A stretch of DNA of 64,000 bases from NCBI GenBank assembly GCA_963796285.1, contig CAWCKW010000012.1, positions 704,001 through 768,000 on the forward strand, written 5' to 3'. The stretch is from Nitrospirota bacterium. Its GTDB lineage: Bacteria > Nitrospirota > UBA9217. The notes below the pieces were generated by a model that saw only the letters and a program-made list of their open reading frames with translations, was not told the origin of the DNA and did no database searches. Each line of letters starts with the position of its first letter. Position 1 is the first letter of the stretch. This document shows, piece after piece, positions 1 through 9,809 of the stretch. The translations under genes and the position numbers were made by a program.

Positions 1-4
1 CGTG

Positions 5-35
5 AAAAAGGATTAACTCACTGAGTTAACCCTTT
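5..35 (-). terminator. Rho-independent terminator-like hairpin beside the tRNA fragment
   Basis: AAAAAGGATTAACTCA-C-TGAGTTAACCCTTT inverted repeat; the A-run reads as a U-tract on the minus strand; resembles the hairpin after tRNA-Gly at 58182-58214. Confidence 0.6.
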
Positions 36-55
36 GTGATTTTGGATATACAAAA

Positions 56-87
56 GGGATCGAACCCCCGACCCCAAGACTGCCAGC
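56..87 (-). repeat. Duplicated tRNA-Ala(GGC) fragment (anticodon loop to T-arm), att-like direct repeat
   Basis: GGGATCGAACCCCCGACCCCAAGACTGCCAGC matches 9409-9440 at 31/32 nt in the same orientation. Confidence 0.85.
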
Positions 88-277
88 GGAATCCTCGTAG
101 TTCATAAGCATTCTCTGCCTTTCCCTTTCCTTGTTTTGCTTACCCTTGCATTCAGGATTAAGAATAGGTTTTCCGTATTTTATCTTCTGTTTCCGTCCTC
201 TTCTGAATCACGAATTGCACGATATTAGTGGGCAACAGGCGCGGGGTACGGTTCAACAATAAATTGTTAATGCATAA

Positions 278-3200
278 TTACCTTGCTGCAATGATCACCT
301 CGACGGTGTGCTCCTGCCGGTCGTCGACAAGGGGAATCGTTTTGCCGCTTTGTTCAACTCCGTCGACAGTCACACTCGCAGCGCTGTTGTCATGTGTTTG
401 CCGGACGGTTATATGGTAGATGGTCTCCCGGTACCTATAGTGCAACTTAAATGCATCCCACTCTTTGGGCAGGCACGGCTCGAAGCGCAGCGCGTCTTTT
501 TCAAGCCGCAGCCCAAGAAGTGATTCAACGATAAGCCGGTACATCCACCCGGCCGATCCCGTGTACCAGGTCCATCCGCCCCGTCCGATGTGCGGAGAGA
601 CCGCATAGACGTCGGCGGCTGCAACGTACGGTTCTCCTTTGTAGATCGCGATTTCTTCGGGCGATCTCGCATGGTTTATCGGGTTGATCATTGCCAGCAG
701 ATCCCACGCGCGGCTGCCGTCGCCCAATGCGGCAAAGGCCATCGCGGTCCAAACCGCCGCATGGGTATACTGCCCGCCGTTCTCCCGTACACCGGGAACG
801 TATCCTTTGATATAGCCGGGATCCAAATCCGATTTGTCGAACGGCGGGTCCAGGAGCTGGATCAGTCCATGCTCCCTGCGAACGAGAAGCTTGTCCACCG
901 ATTCCATTGCCGTGCGGGAGCGCTCCACATTCCCGGCGCCGGAGAGCACAGACCAGCTTTGCGCAATGGAGTCGATACGGCATTCTGGATTGCTTGCCGA
1001 ACCCAGCGGAGAGCCGTCGTCAAAAAAAGCACGCCTGTACCACTCGCCGTCCCAACCATGCTCCTCTATATTTCCGCGCACAAGATCGGCTTCCCACGGC
1101 AGCGTTCAACGAATGACGGATCGTTGTGCAGGCGTGCGATCTCCGAAAACCGCACAAGCACTTCATACAGGAAAAATCCGAGCCAGACGCTTTCACCCTT
1201 GCCGTGCTGCCCTACCAGGTTCATGCCGTCGTTCCAATCACCCGAGCCGATGAGCGGCAGGCCGTGCTCTCCGCGGCTGAGGCCCTTCAGAATGGCCCGT
1301 ACACAGTGGTCGTACAGGCTTGCCGTTTCTGCAGAGGCGCGGGGAAGATCGTAATACGAGTCCTCGTCCGGATTTAACGGGCGGCCCTCGATGAAGCGGA
1401 CGGTTTCATCCAGCACCCCGGTGTCTCCGGTACTCAGAACGTAGCGGCACACGGCCATGGGCAGCCAGAGAAAATCGTCCGAACAGCGCGTACGCACCCC
1501 GCGTCCCGTCGGGGGATGCCACCAATGCTGGACGTCTCCCTCCTTGAACTGATGGGCCGCGCACAGGAGGAGGTGTTCGCGCACGAGCCGCGGCTCGGTA
1601 TGGATAAGCGCCATCACGTCCTGCAACTGGTCGCGGAAACCGAATGCGCCCCCGGACTGGTAGTATCCGCTCCGCGCCCAGAGACGGCATGCCAGAGTCT
1701 GGTATATGAGCCAGCCGTTGGCCAGCATGTTGACGGATTGGTCGGGCGTTTCCACCTGCACTGCGCCGAGGGTGTGATTCCAATACTCCCAGACCTTTTC
1801 AAGCGCTCTGCGCGCGGCAACGGATCCCTGGAAGCGGCGTACCAGTTTGCCTGCGTCATCGGAGCTTTTCCCTGCGCCGAGCCTGAAGATGATCTCCCGC
1901 TCCTGCCCGTCAGCGAGCTCGAAGGGGACCTGGATTGCGGCGCAGGGGTCCAGGGCAGCCCCTATCCTGCCGGAAAGCCGGGCACGGGTCATCGCAGCCG
2001 GTCTCTGAAGCGTGCCGTTGCGACCGAGGAACTCGGTCCGGTCGCCGGTCACGGTACGGGTAGATTCACCCGCATCAAAGAAGGCGGTCCGGTCGACGAA
2101 CTCCGAGTTATACGGGTTCCGCGCGAAGATCGCGCCGGTTTTGGGGTCGATTTCGGTGATCACCTGCATTGCCGTTTTCGGCCGCAGATCTCCCAGCACC
2201 CATTCCACGTAACCGGTGGCTGAGAGCCGGCGTGAACGGCCGGATCTGTTTTTAACCTTCAATACCGTAAATTTGATAGATGCATCCAATGCTACGTAAA
2301 CCCATACCTCTGAGCTTATGCCATCCTCTACGTGTTCAAAGACGCTGTATCCGAATCCGTGCCGGCTGACGTAATGCATCGCCCCGCCACCAGGCAGCGG
2401 AGTGGGGGACCAGAAACGGCCGCTCTCTTCATCGCGCAGGTAAAATGCTTCTCCGCCGGAATCGCTTATTGGATCGTTGTTCCAGGGAGTGAGGCGGAAC
2501 TCGTGGGCATTTTCGCTCCAGGTGTAAGCAACTCCGCTCTCCGAAACAATTGTTCCGAAAAGCGGGTTTGCCATCACATTCACCCATGGCGCCGGAGTCT
2601 TCTGCCCGGCAGAGGTCGTAATGATGTACTCACGGCCGTCAGGCGTGAATCCTCCGAGTCCGTTGAAGAAGCTCAGGTCGCGGCGGGGCGGTCCGGCGGC
2701 CGCGGGGTATTCGGCGCGATAGGTCCGGGCCGGCGTGAGCCGCGGGACCGGCACTTCCGCCAGTCGGCGACGGTGGATCTGGTCCCACAGCGTCCCCCGG
2801 CTGTCGGTGAGGATGGCGCGAGCGACCGTTTGCAGCAGAACGCGGTCCTCTTCCGATATCTGCTCCGCGAGCCTTAAAAAGATGCCGCCCGGTCGATCGG
2901 TCACATTGGCTTCGATGCCTGCGGCAATCAACCCTATGATTTGTTCCTGGAGCAGTTGTCGATAACCTGCATGATCTTCGTTCCAGATCACCAGGTCCAC
3001 TGCCAGCCCTTTCAAGTGCCAGTACGCATGCGCCTGCACGAGTTGGCGCACCAGGTCGATGTTCACCGGATCCGCGATCTGCACCAGCACGATCGGCAGA
3101 TCGCCGGAAATGGAATAGCCCCACAGGCCGGATTGCCCGCGGCGGTTCTTGATGAGAACGCTCGCGTCGGCGCGCAGAGAGGAATTGGCATAGATGACAT

Positions 3201-6200
3201 TGCCGGCAAGGTGCGCATAGAGTTGCGCGTCGGCCTCCGCGGCATTAAGCTGTTGCAGGACCACCTGTCCATGTGTCCACGCCAGGTCGATGGCGCGATC
3301 CGCGAGCCGCCGATCCTGATATTTTCCGACAAGGTTTAAAGCGGCGTCGCGGGTTTCGCAGGCGCCGGAGACGATATCTATCGTCGCCGATCCTTCCGGA
3401 TCGAGCGCGATCAGATGCCGGATCGCGACGATCGGATCGAGCACGGAGCCCTGGCTGTCCGAGAGCTTAGCGGGTCCTCTCATCGCTTGCGGATCAACGG
3501 CCGTGTTTCCGCGGCCGATGAACCTCATCCGGTCGGTCTCGCAGGAAACATCAACGGTGTCAGCCCCGTGCACGGCCATCAGGTGAAACATCCAGGGCAC
3601 CGGCTCATGGAGGGAGCGGGGACGGCGGGTGCACAGGATCGCCTGGCGTTGCGGGAGGATCTCCGTCTGGACGAAGAGGTTGCCGAACGCCGGATGCAAC
3701 GCGTCCGCGGCTGGCGAGGCAAGGACGATTTCCGCGTAACTCGTGACCTCGATCTCTCTGCGTGTTCTGCCGCGGTTGGTGATCGTGATCCTGCGAAGCT
3801 CAATATCATCCTCGGGAGAGACAACGATCTCGGTATGGGTATCGATATCATGGTCCCGGCGGCGGAACTCCGCTCGCGCGCCCGAGAAGATCGCTTCGTA
3901 GGTGTCCGGCCGTTTGAGCGTCGGCTGATAAGCGGTCGACCAAAACTCCCCGCTCGCCGCGTCGCGGAGGTAGCAGAACGTCCCCCAATTGTCGCAGGTG
4001 TTGTCCTCGCGCCAGCGTGTCACCGCGACGTCCTTCCAGCGGCTGTAGCCGCCGCCCGCGTTCGTGACCATCACATGGTATCTGCCGTTCGACAGAAGCT
4101 GCACCTCCGGCATCGGGGTGTCGGGGGTGCCGAAAACCCGGACCGGCATTTCCGGGCCGACGGCAGTCGTCCGCAGGTCGGAGATCTCGGCGGCGAGCGA
4201 AAAGAACGCCGTCGCCTTCGGAACCCGTTCCTGGAGCAACAGCATGGTCGCCTGGAACTGCGGATCCGACTCGAATCGCTTCTGCATCGGACGGTCCAGG
4301 AGCAGATAGGCCAGTGAGAGGAGGCTCATGCCCTCGTGATGCGCCAGGAAGGCCCGGACCACGGCACTCGATTGGCCGCGTCGTTGACGAGAAGGGGTAT
4401 AGTCGATAGCTTCAAAAAAACCGTATTTCCCGACGTACCCCTCGTCGGAGAGGCGCTGCAGATTCCGGCACGCTTCCTCGGGTGCCACCATCAACGCAAG
4501 CACCGAGGCGTACGGCGCGACGACCAGATCGTCCGCGAGGCCGCGTTTGAGCCCGAGGCCCGGTACGCCGAAGGCGCGGTACTGGTAATTGAGACGAATG
4601 TCGACCATGTTGTAGCAGGATTCCGACATGCCCCATGGTATGCCGAGCTGCCCCCCATACTGGATCTGCCTCGCGACGGCCGCCTTGCAGGTCCGGTCAA
4701 GCAGGGTATTTTCGTACGTCGGCATCACCAGGAGCGGCATAAGGTACTCGAACATCGAACCGCTCCACGAAAGGAGGATAGGCTCTCCACCAGCGGTCGT
4801 GAGCAGGCGCCCAAGGGCGAACCAGCTCTCCTGCGGCAGCTGACCCTGCGCAATCCCCACGAAACTGCACAATCTCGCTTCCGAAGCCAGCAGATCGTAG
4901 AAACTCGCGTCCCGCCTGCGCTCACCCACGTTGTACCCGATGGCCAGTAAATGACTCGCCCTGTCGAACAGGAAGTCATATTCCATGCGGCTCATTTCGC
5001 CGGACTGCAAAGCGAGCCGTTCGATGGCCGCGATCCTCTTTGCGGCAAGATCGTTTCCCAGTCCGGCCGAATCGCGCAGTGTCGGGATTTCGTCGTTTGT
5101 TCGACGGGAGGGCGGGGAGAGATGGATCAGATCTTCACGCGCGGCCCGGCATTGCGCGGCAAAGGCGCGCGCCCACCATACTTTCTGATCCTCCGGGTGG
5201 ATACCGGAATTATCTATCTGGGAAAGCAGTTCCTCTGCGGACGTTGTTAGTTGATCAAGGCACAGCTGTGCAGCCGCAAGAGTAGTCGGTGGGGAAGAAT
5301 ACGCGGACTCAAGGTCCTTCTGAAGTAGAGCAAGGACTTCGGCGAGCCCTTCGGCAGTGAGACGTGTCTGCGAGCCCTTCGGCAATGAGCTCAGGGGCGA
5401 ATTGGTCGCTTCGATCAGCTCAGGCGGGTTGTCCACCGGTTCTTCAGTTTCACTGGCATCCACAAGGATTTGCAGAGTGTCGCTCAGCCCGTCAAACCAT
5501 CTCGCATGCAGGATCTTGTGATCGGGAAGTGCAAGCAGGCCCTGTCGCAAGGTCAGCAGGTGAGCGGCGAGGTTCCCGCTGTCAACTGATGAAATGTAAG
5601 CAGGGAGCAGCGGCTTGAGAGACTGCGTGTCATACCAGTTGTAGAAGTGGCCCCGGTGCCGATCCAGGGCTTCCATTGTTCGCAATGCATTCTCCGTGCG
5701 CTCGATGAGTTGTCCGGCAGGAATGTAGCCGAAGTCGTACGCGGACAGGTTCGCAAGCAGCGCAAGACCCATGTTGGTCGGCGACGTGCGATGCGCGACC
5801 ATGGCAGCGCGATACTCCTGATAGTTATCAGGCGGCAGCCAGTTGTCCTCGGGGCCGACGAAGGTCTCGAAGAAGGCCCAGGTTTTTCGGGAAACCTTTC
5901 GGAGAAAAAGGATCTGGCGCATAGTCAATCGTGCTTCACGGCGCGTAAGCGGACGGCTGATCCACCACGCGATGACGGGTGAAGCAAACCAGAGCACCAG
6001 GAGAGGCCCGGCTGCTCCCAACGCAGCCGGATTCGAAAGAGCCAGAGTGATCGCCATGGCGACCGCGAGAAAGGGGGCGAACCACATCATCCGATAAACA
6101 GCGGCGAGGCCCGTTCGGCCCATTCGGTCCGGGTCGCCTGACGGACTCCATTCGAGAAGCTGCTTGTGAGTGATGAACATTCTCCCTGTTGTGCGAATAA

Positions 6201-8985
6201 CCGCATCCAGACTGAAAAACGCCTCGTAGGGGAGGCACGCAAGAGTAAACAGATCGTGAGCAAAGCGCATGCCAATGGAACGCCCTGCGGCAGCGAGATG
6301 CTGCCTGGGAAGCACATCGCGCGGTTTTTGAAGCAGATCCAGGACAGAGGAAATAAAAGAAGGGATCAGAATAATACCGATCATTGACACGGTCCAGAAC
6401 CAGGGTGAAGACAAGATCGTCCAACCGAGCACGAAGAGGAGCGTCATTGCCGAAGGCACGAGACTGCGCCGAAGGTTGTCGAAGAGCTTCCATTGGGACA
6501 GCAGCGAGAGGGGGTTCTTCCGGCGCTGCCGGTCACGCGCGGGTCCTGGGCCAGGGATGACCGCACCCAGCCAGGACAGAAGCTGCCAATCCCCGCGGAT
6601 CCAACGGTGGCGGCGGCTCACGTCCGCGCTGTAACGGGGAGGATATTCCTCGTATACCATTACATCGCTCAACAATCCGGCCCGGGCATAACACCCTTCG
6701 ATAAGATCGTGGCTCAGGATCCGGTTCTCGGGGAAGCGTCCGCCCAGCGCCCGCTCGAACGCGTCGACCTCGTAGATCCCCTTGCCGATAAAGGAGCCCT
6801 CAAGGAAGAGGTCCTGGTAAACATCCGAGACAGCACGCGTATAGGGGTCGATGCCCGGATCGCTCCCCTCCATGCGCGCGTATCGCGACCGGTTTGTACC
6901 CGGCAAGCTCACTGCCACCCGCGGCTGAAGGATGCCGTACCCCGCGACAACGCGCTGCTTGCCTTCGTCGTATTGCGCGCGATTCAGCGGATGCGCCATG
7001 GCTCCCACAAGCTGACGGGCGGCATCGCGCGGCAGCTGGGTATCCGTGTCCAGGGTGATCACGTACTTCACGTTGAGCAGCACCGCAGTATTGCCGACGA
7101 CGAGAGAGAACCGATCACGCGAGCCGTTGCGCAGAAGTGAATTCAGTGCCGCCAGCTTTCCCCGCTTGCGCTCGTAACCCATCCAAACGCCCTCCAGGGG
7201 ATTCCATTGGCGGGGGCGGTGAAAAAGGAAGAACGTATCGCTCTTTGCATTCCTGTATTTCTCATTCAGCTCTTCGATTCTCTGCCGGGCGAGCAGCAAG
7301 AGTGGTCCGTCCTCCGGCAGTATTTCCTCCGATGCGTCCGGAAAATCAGTCAGCAGTCCGAAGTGCAGGTTTTCATCGCGATTTGCCAGAAACCTGACTT
7401 CCATCGCCTCGACCAGATCTTCGATGTCCGGAGCGCTCGTAAGGAACGTCGGGATCACCACCAGGGCGAGCGATTTCTCCGGAATTCCTTCGGAGAAATC
7501 CATCCGCGGCAGCGGATGCGGCGTCACCAGCAACGTGGCCAACCAGTTCACCAACGCCACCGCCAGCTGACTTCCGACCAGCAGCGAAAGGAACCCCGTC
7601 AGCACGAGCAGCCAATCCGGGTACCCACCGGCATGCGTCTTTGCCAACAGGCTTCCTGTGAAAATCGCCGTCATCAGTATGATCGTGCCCAGATAGAAGA
7701 ACAAAGGAAACCGGCGGCCTGCCTTTCGAAGGGACTCTGTGACAGATAACCGGACCCCTGACAGGTGTTCAAGCTGCGCCAGTCCCTTGTCGATCAGGTA
7801 GTAGCCCACATGAGCCGAGCGATCGTCTCCGCCTTGAGTGTCGTTGTTACGGGCCGCGCTCTCGCGCGCAATCCGGACCGCGTTGGCTGCAACCTCCCCT
7901 TCAGATAGCCGGCCGCTCTTCGCAATCTTCTCCACTACGTGACGATAACGGTCACGAGTAGAAAAATCCATTTTGCCGTATGTACCGAGGGGGTCCTCAC
8001 GCAGGGTCTGTTCGACAACGCTCATCGTCTCGACGAACTCGCGCCAATCCATTGCGCCCAGGAAACGGAGGCTGCCGATGCTGTTGCTCATCGATACCTG
8101 ATCAGCCGCCAGCTGCTGGTTCTCCGACTGCACCAACTGATCGATCGTCATGCTGAACTCTGAGAGGTGCTGCTCGATCCAGGTGAGCGGCATTGCCAGG
8201 GCAGGGCCCTGTCCCTTAAGCCGGCGTGCAAATTCCGCAACAAAAGCACTCTTGAGCGGCGGGTTTGAGCGTGCCATGTCCGCAATGACCAGAATAAGAC
8301 CCTTCGGGTCCTTCGCGGCAACCTCGGTAATCCGGTCAGCCCAATAGCCGGCGAGGTTTCGGTCCATCCTGTCGGCAGCGATCCGGGCCCCGACGCGCCG
8401 GAGATTCTCGATCAACGCCAGGCGCAGCATGATGGGGATTGCCCACAATTCTCCCAGCTTGAGGACGGCAACTGTCTGGTAGGCAGCAAGGAAACTGCTG
8501 AGATTTTCCGGGTCCACCCGGCCGTCGCCATGCGAGATCGTCTCCAGGGCGATGTCATACACGCGCGGAAGCCCGGCGGATGGCCCGTCCAGCAAGCGGG
8601 GCAGTTCCCGGCTGTAACCCTTTGGCAAGTGTCTCCTTGCCGTGCGGATCTGTTCTTCGATCAGGTAGAAGTTATCGAGCAGCCATTCTGCCGCCGGCGT
8701 GATCCTGCGGTCCGTCTTGACCGCCTCTACCAGCAGGCTGTGGGTCCGGGTCAGAATGGCTTCATTCTCAGCCAACCGCGCCAGAAGCCGGTCACGTGCG
8801 TGTCCCGGGCGGAGCGTGTGAAGACCCGCCAGGGTCTTGCCATGCTGCTTCATCTGGTCGCTGCTGTACAATTCCGATCGTAGAGGCGGCTCGTATACAG
8901 CGTACTTTGCTTCCAGGTCTTTACCCTGAAGGCGGGCCAGCACATTGGGCAGGTTTCTGAGAATAGTTTTTTTGCTCAACTTCAA
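278..8985 (-). CDS. Cyclic beta-1,2-glucan synthase (Cgs/NdvB/ChvB-like; GT84 plus C-terminal GH94 phosphorylase), about 2900 aa, one apparent frameshift near 1093
   Basis: ORFs 1066..8985 and 278..1081 join (ERCRG|EADLVRGNIEEHGWDGEWYRRA); motifs GYERKRGKL, ITLDTDT, LSHDLIEG, RRHRWIRGDWQ, SPTNMG, SWSGSMFEYLMP, QSGGAFGFRDQLQD, GDWNDG, ENGGQYTH, WYTGSAGW. Confidence 0.9.
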
Positions 8986-9071
8986 TGAATACTCTCTTGA
9001 ATGGGAAATAACTCGAATGGTTACAATATTTTTAGAAATGAATCTAGCATAAATATAGCACAGTTAAATTG

Positions 9072-9394
9072 AAAAAGGGTCAGCTCAATTAGCTAAGCAT
9101 TTGATGACTTGGTAGAGCTTCCCCAACGCGCTCTTGTTCGATCTCTCTCTGCTGAAATAAAAAAGGCTGGCTAGTTAGCCAACCTTTTTGTATTTTCTTG
9201 GTGGAGCTGAGGGGGAAATCTCACTCGCTCGCATGCTCGCTTCCACAGGGGGCCAGCCCCCTATGGCGGCCGATAATGCCGGCCTGTGACCCCCGAAGCA
9301 TGAGGGAATCCTTTCCCTCAAACTCCCTTTGGTTCGATCCCCCTCATGAAAATAAAAAAAGGCCGGTCAATAATGACCAGCCTTTTGTTTATTT
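9072..9394 (-). repeat. tRNA-linked repeats: two extra tRNA-Ala 3' ends, each with a terminator hairpin, plus inverted T-arm copies
   Basis: TGGTGGAGCTGAGGGGGA at 9199-9216 and degenerate TGGTAGAGCT at 9110-9119 repeat the tRNA 3' end; GGTTCGATCCCCCTCA (9331-9346) and GTTCGATCTCTCTC (9136-9149) are inverted T-arm copies; hairpins near 9356-9386, 9159-9189 and 9072-9101. Confidence 0.75.
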
Positions 9395-9470
9395 TGGTGG
9401 AGCTGAGGGGGATCGAACCCCTGACCCCAAGACTGCCAGCCTTGTGCTCTCCCAGCTGAGCTACAGCCCC
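9395..9470 (-). tRNA. tRNA-Ala (GGC)
   Basis: Reverse complement GGGGCTGTAGCTCAGCTGGGAGAGCACAAGGCTGGCAGTCTTGGGGTCAGGGGTTCGATCCCCCTCAGCTCCACCA; 76 nt, G3:U70 pair, encoded CCA. Confidence 0.97.
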
Positions 9471-9494
9471 AAAATCTACCGTAACAAGGTGCTT

Positions 9495-9523
9495 AATTTA
9501 ACATCACGATATGTTGTTGTCAA
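9495..9523 (-). promoter_or_regulatory. sigma70 promoter of tRNA-Ala
   Basis: TTGACA-17 nt-TAAATT on the minus strand, about 25 nt upstream of the tRNA. Confidence 0.7.
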
Positions 9524-9605
9524 GAAAAAAGACGGTTGACACTCTATCGTTGCATTGTTTGAACGTCAATTTAATATTTCGAGCCGTATCACTTCTGCGC
9601 CGACC

Positions 9606-9730
9606 TGTAGCGCACCCGGTACCCTGGACACAAGATAAAAGTTATGCAACAGCTTTCAACAGGTGCTCATCGTATATTTGCCGCGGGCTTTTGAACTCGA
9701 GTTTTGCCACAAGCCGGTACTTATGGTGCC
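9606..9730 (-). mobile_element. Possible IS3-family-like remnant (transposase C-terminus plus terminal inverted repeat)
   Basis: Minus-strand peptide HKYRLVAKLEFKSPRQIYDEHLLKAVA* resembles the RxHxxLxYxSP tail of rve transposases; followed by an IR-like end TGTAGCGCACCCGGTACCCTGGACAC. Confidence 0.45.
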
Positions 9731-9809
9731 CGTTTTGAACTGTTTGCATGACCATTATAATTAATGAAAAAAACAATATAGATGTATATAAGAGATATAA
9801 TACAAGCAT

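Noticed and set aside
1085-1100. Programmed frameshift or pseudogene in cgs (likewise pyrC ~37952, phosphoesterase ~38814, pyrK ~46045/46205/46310, pgpH-like ~63488)
   Set aside because: Single-base indels, mostly at short homopolymer runs and including essential genes, with no in-frame stops and no slippery heptamer noticed; most consistent with long-read consensus error.
9072-9394. CRISPR array
   Set aside because: The repeats are tRNA-derived with irregular spacing; no cas genes or regular repeat-spacer array were seen in the window.
9198-9539. 113-aa ORF
   Set aside because: Antisense across tRNA-Ala and its repeats; spurious.
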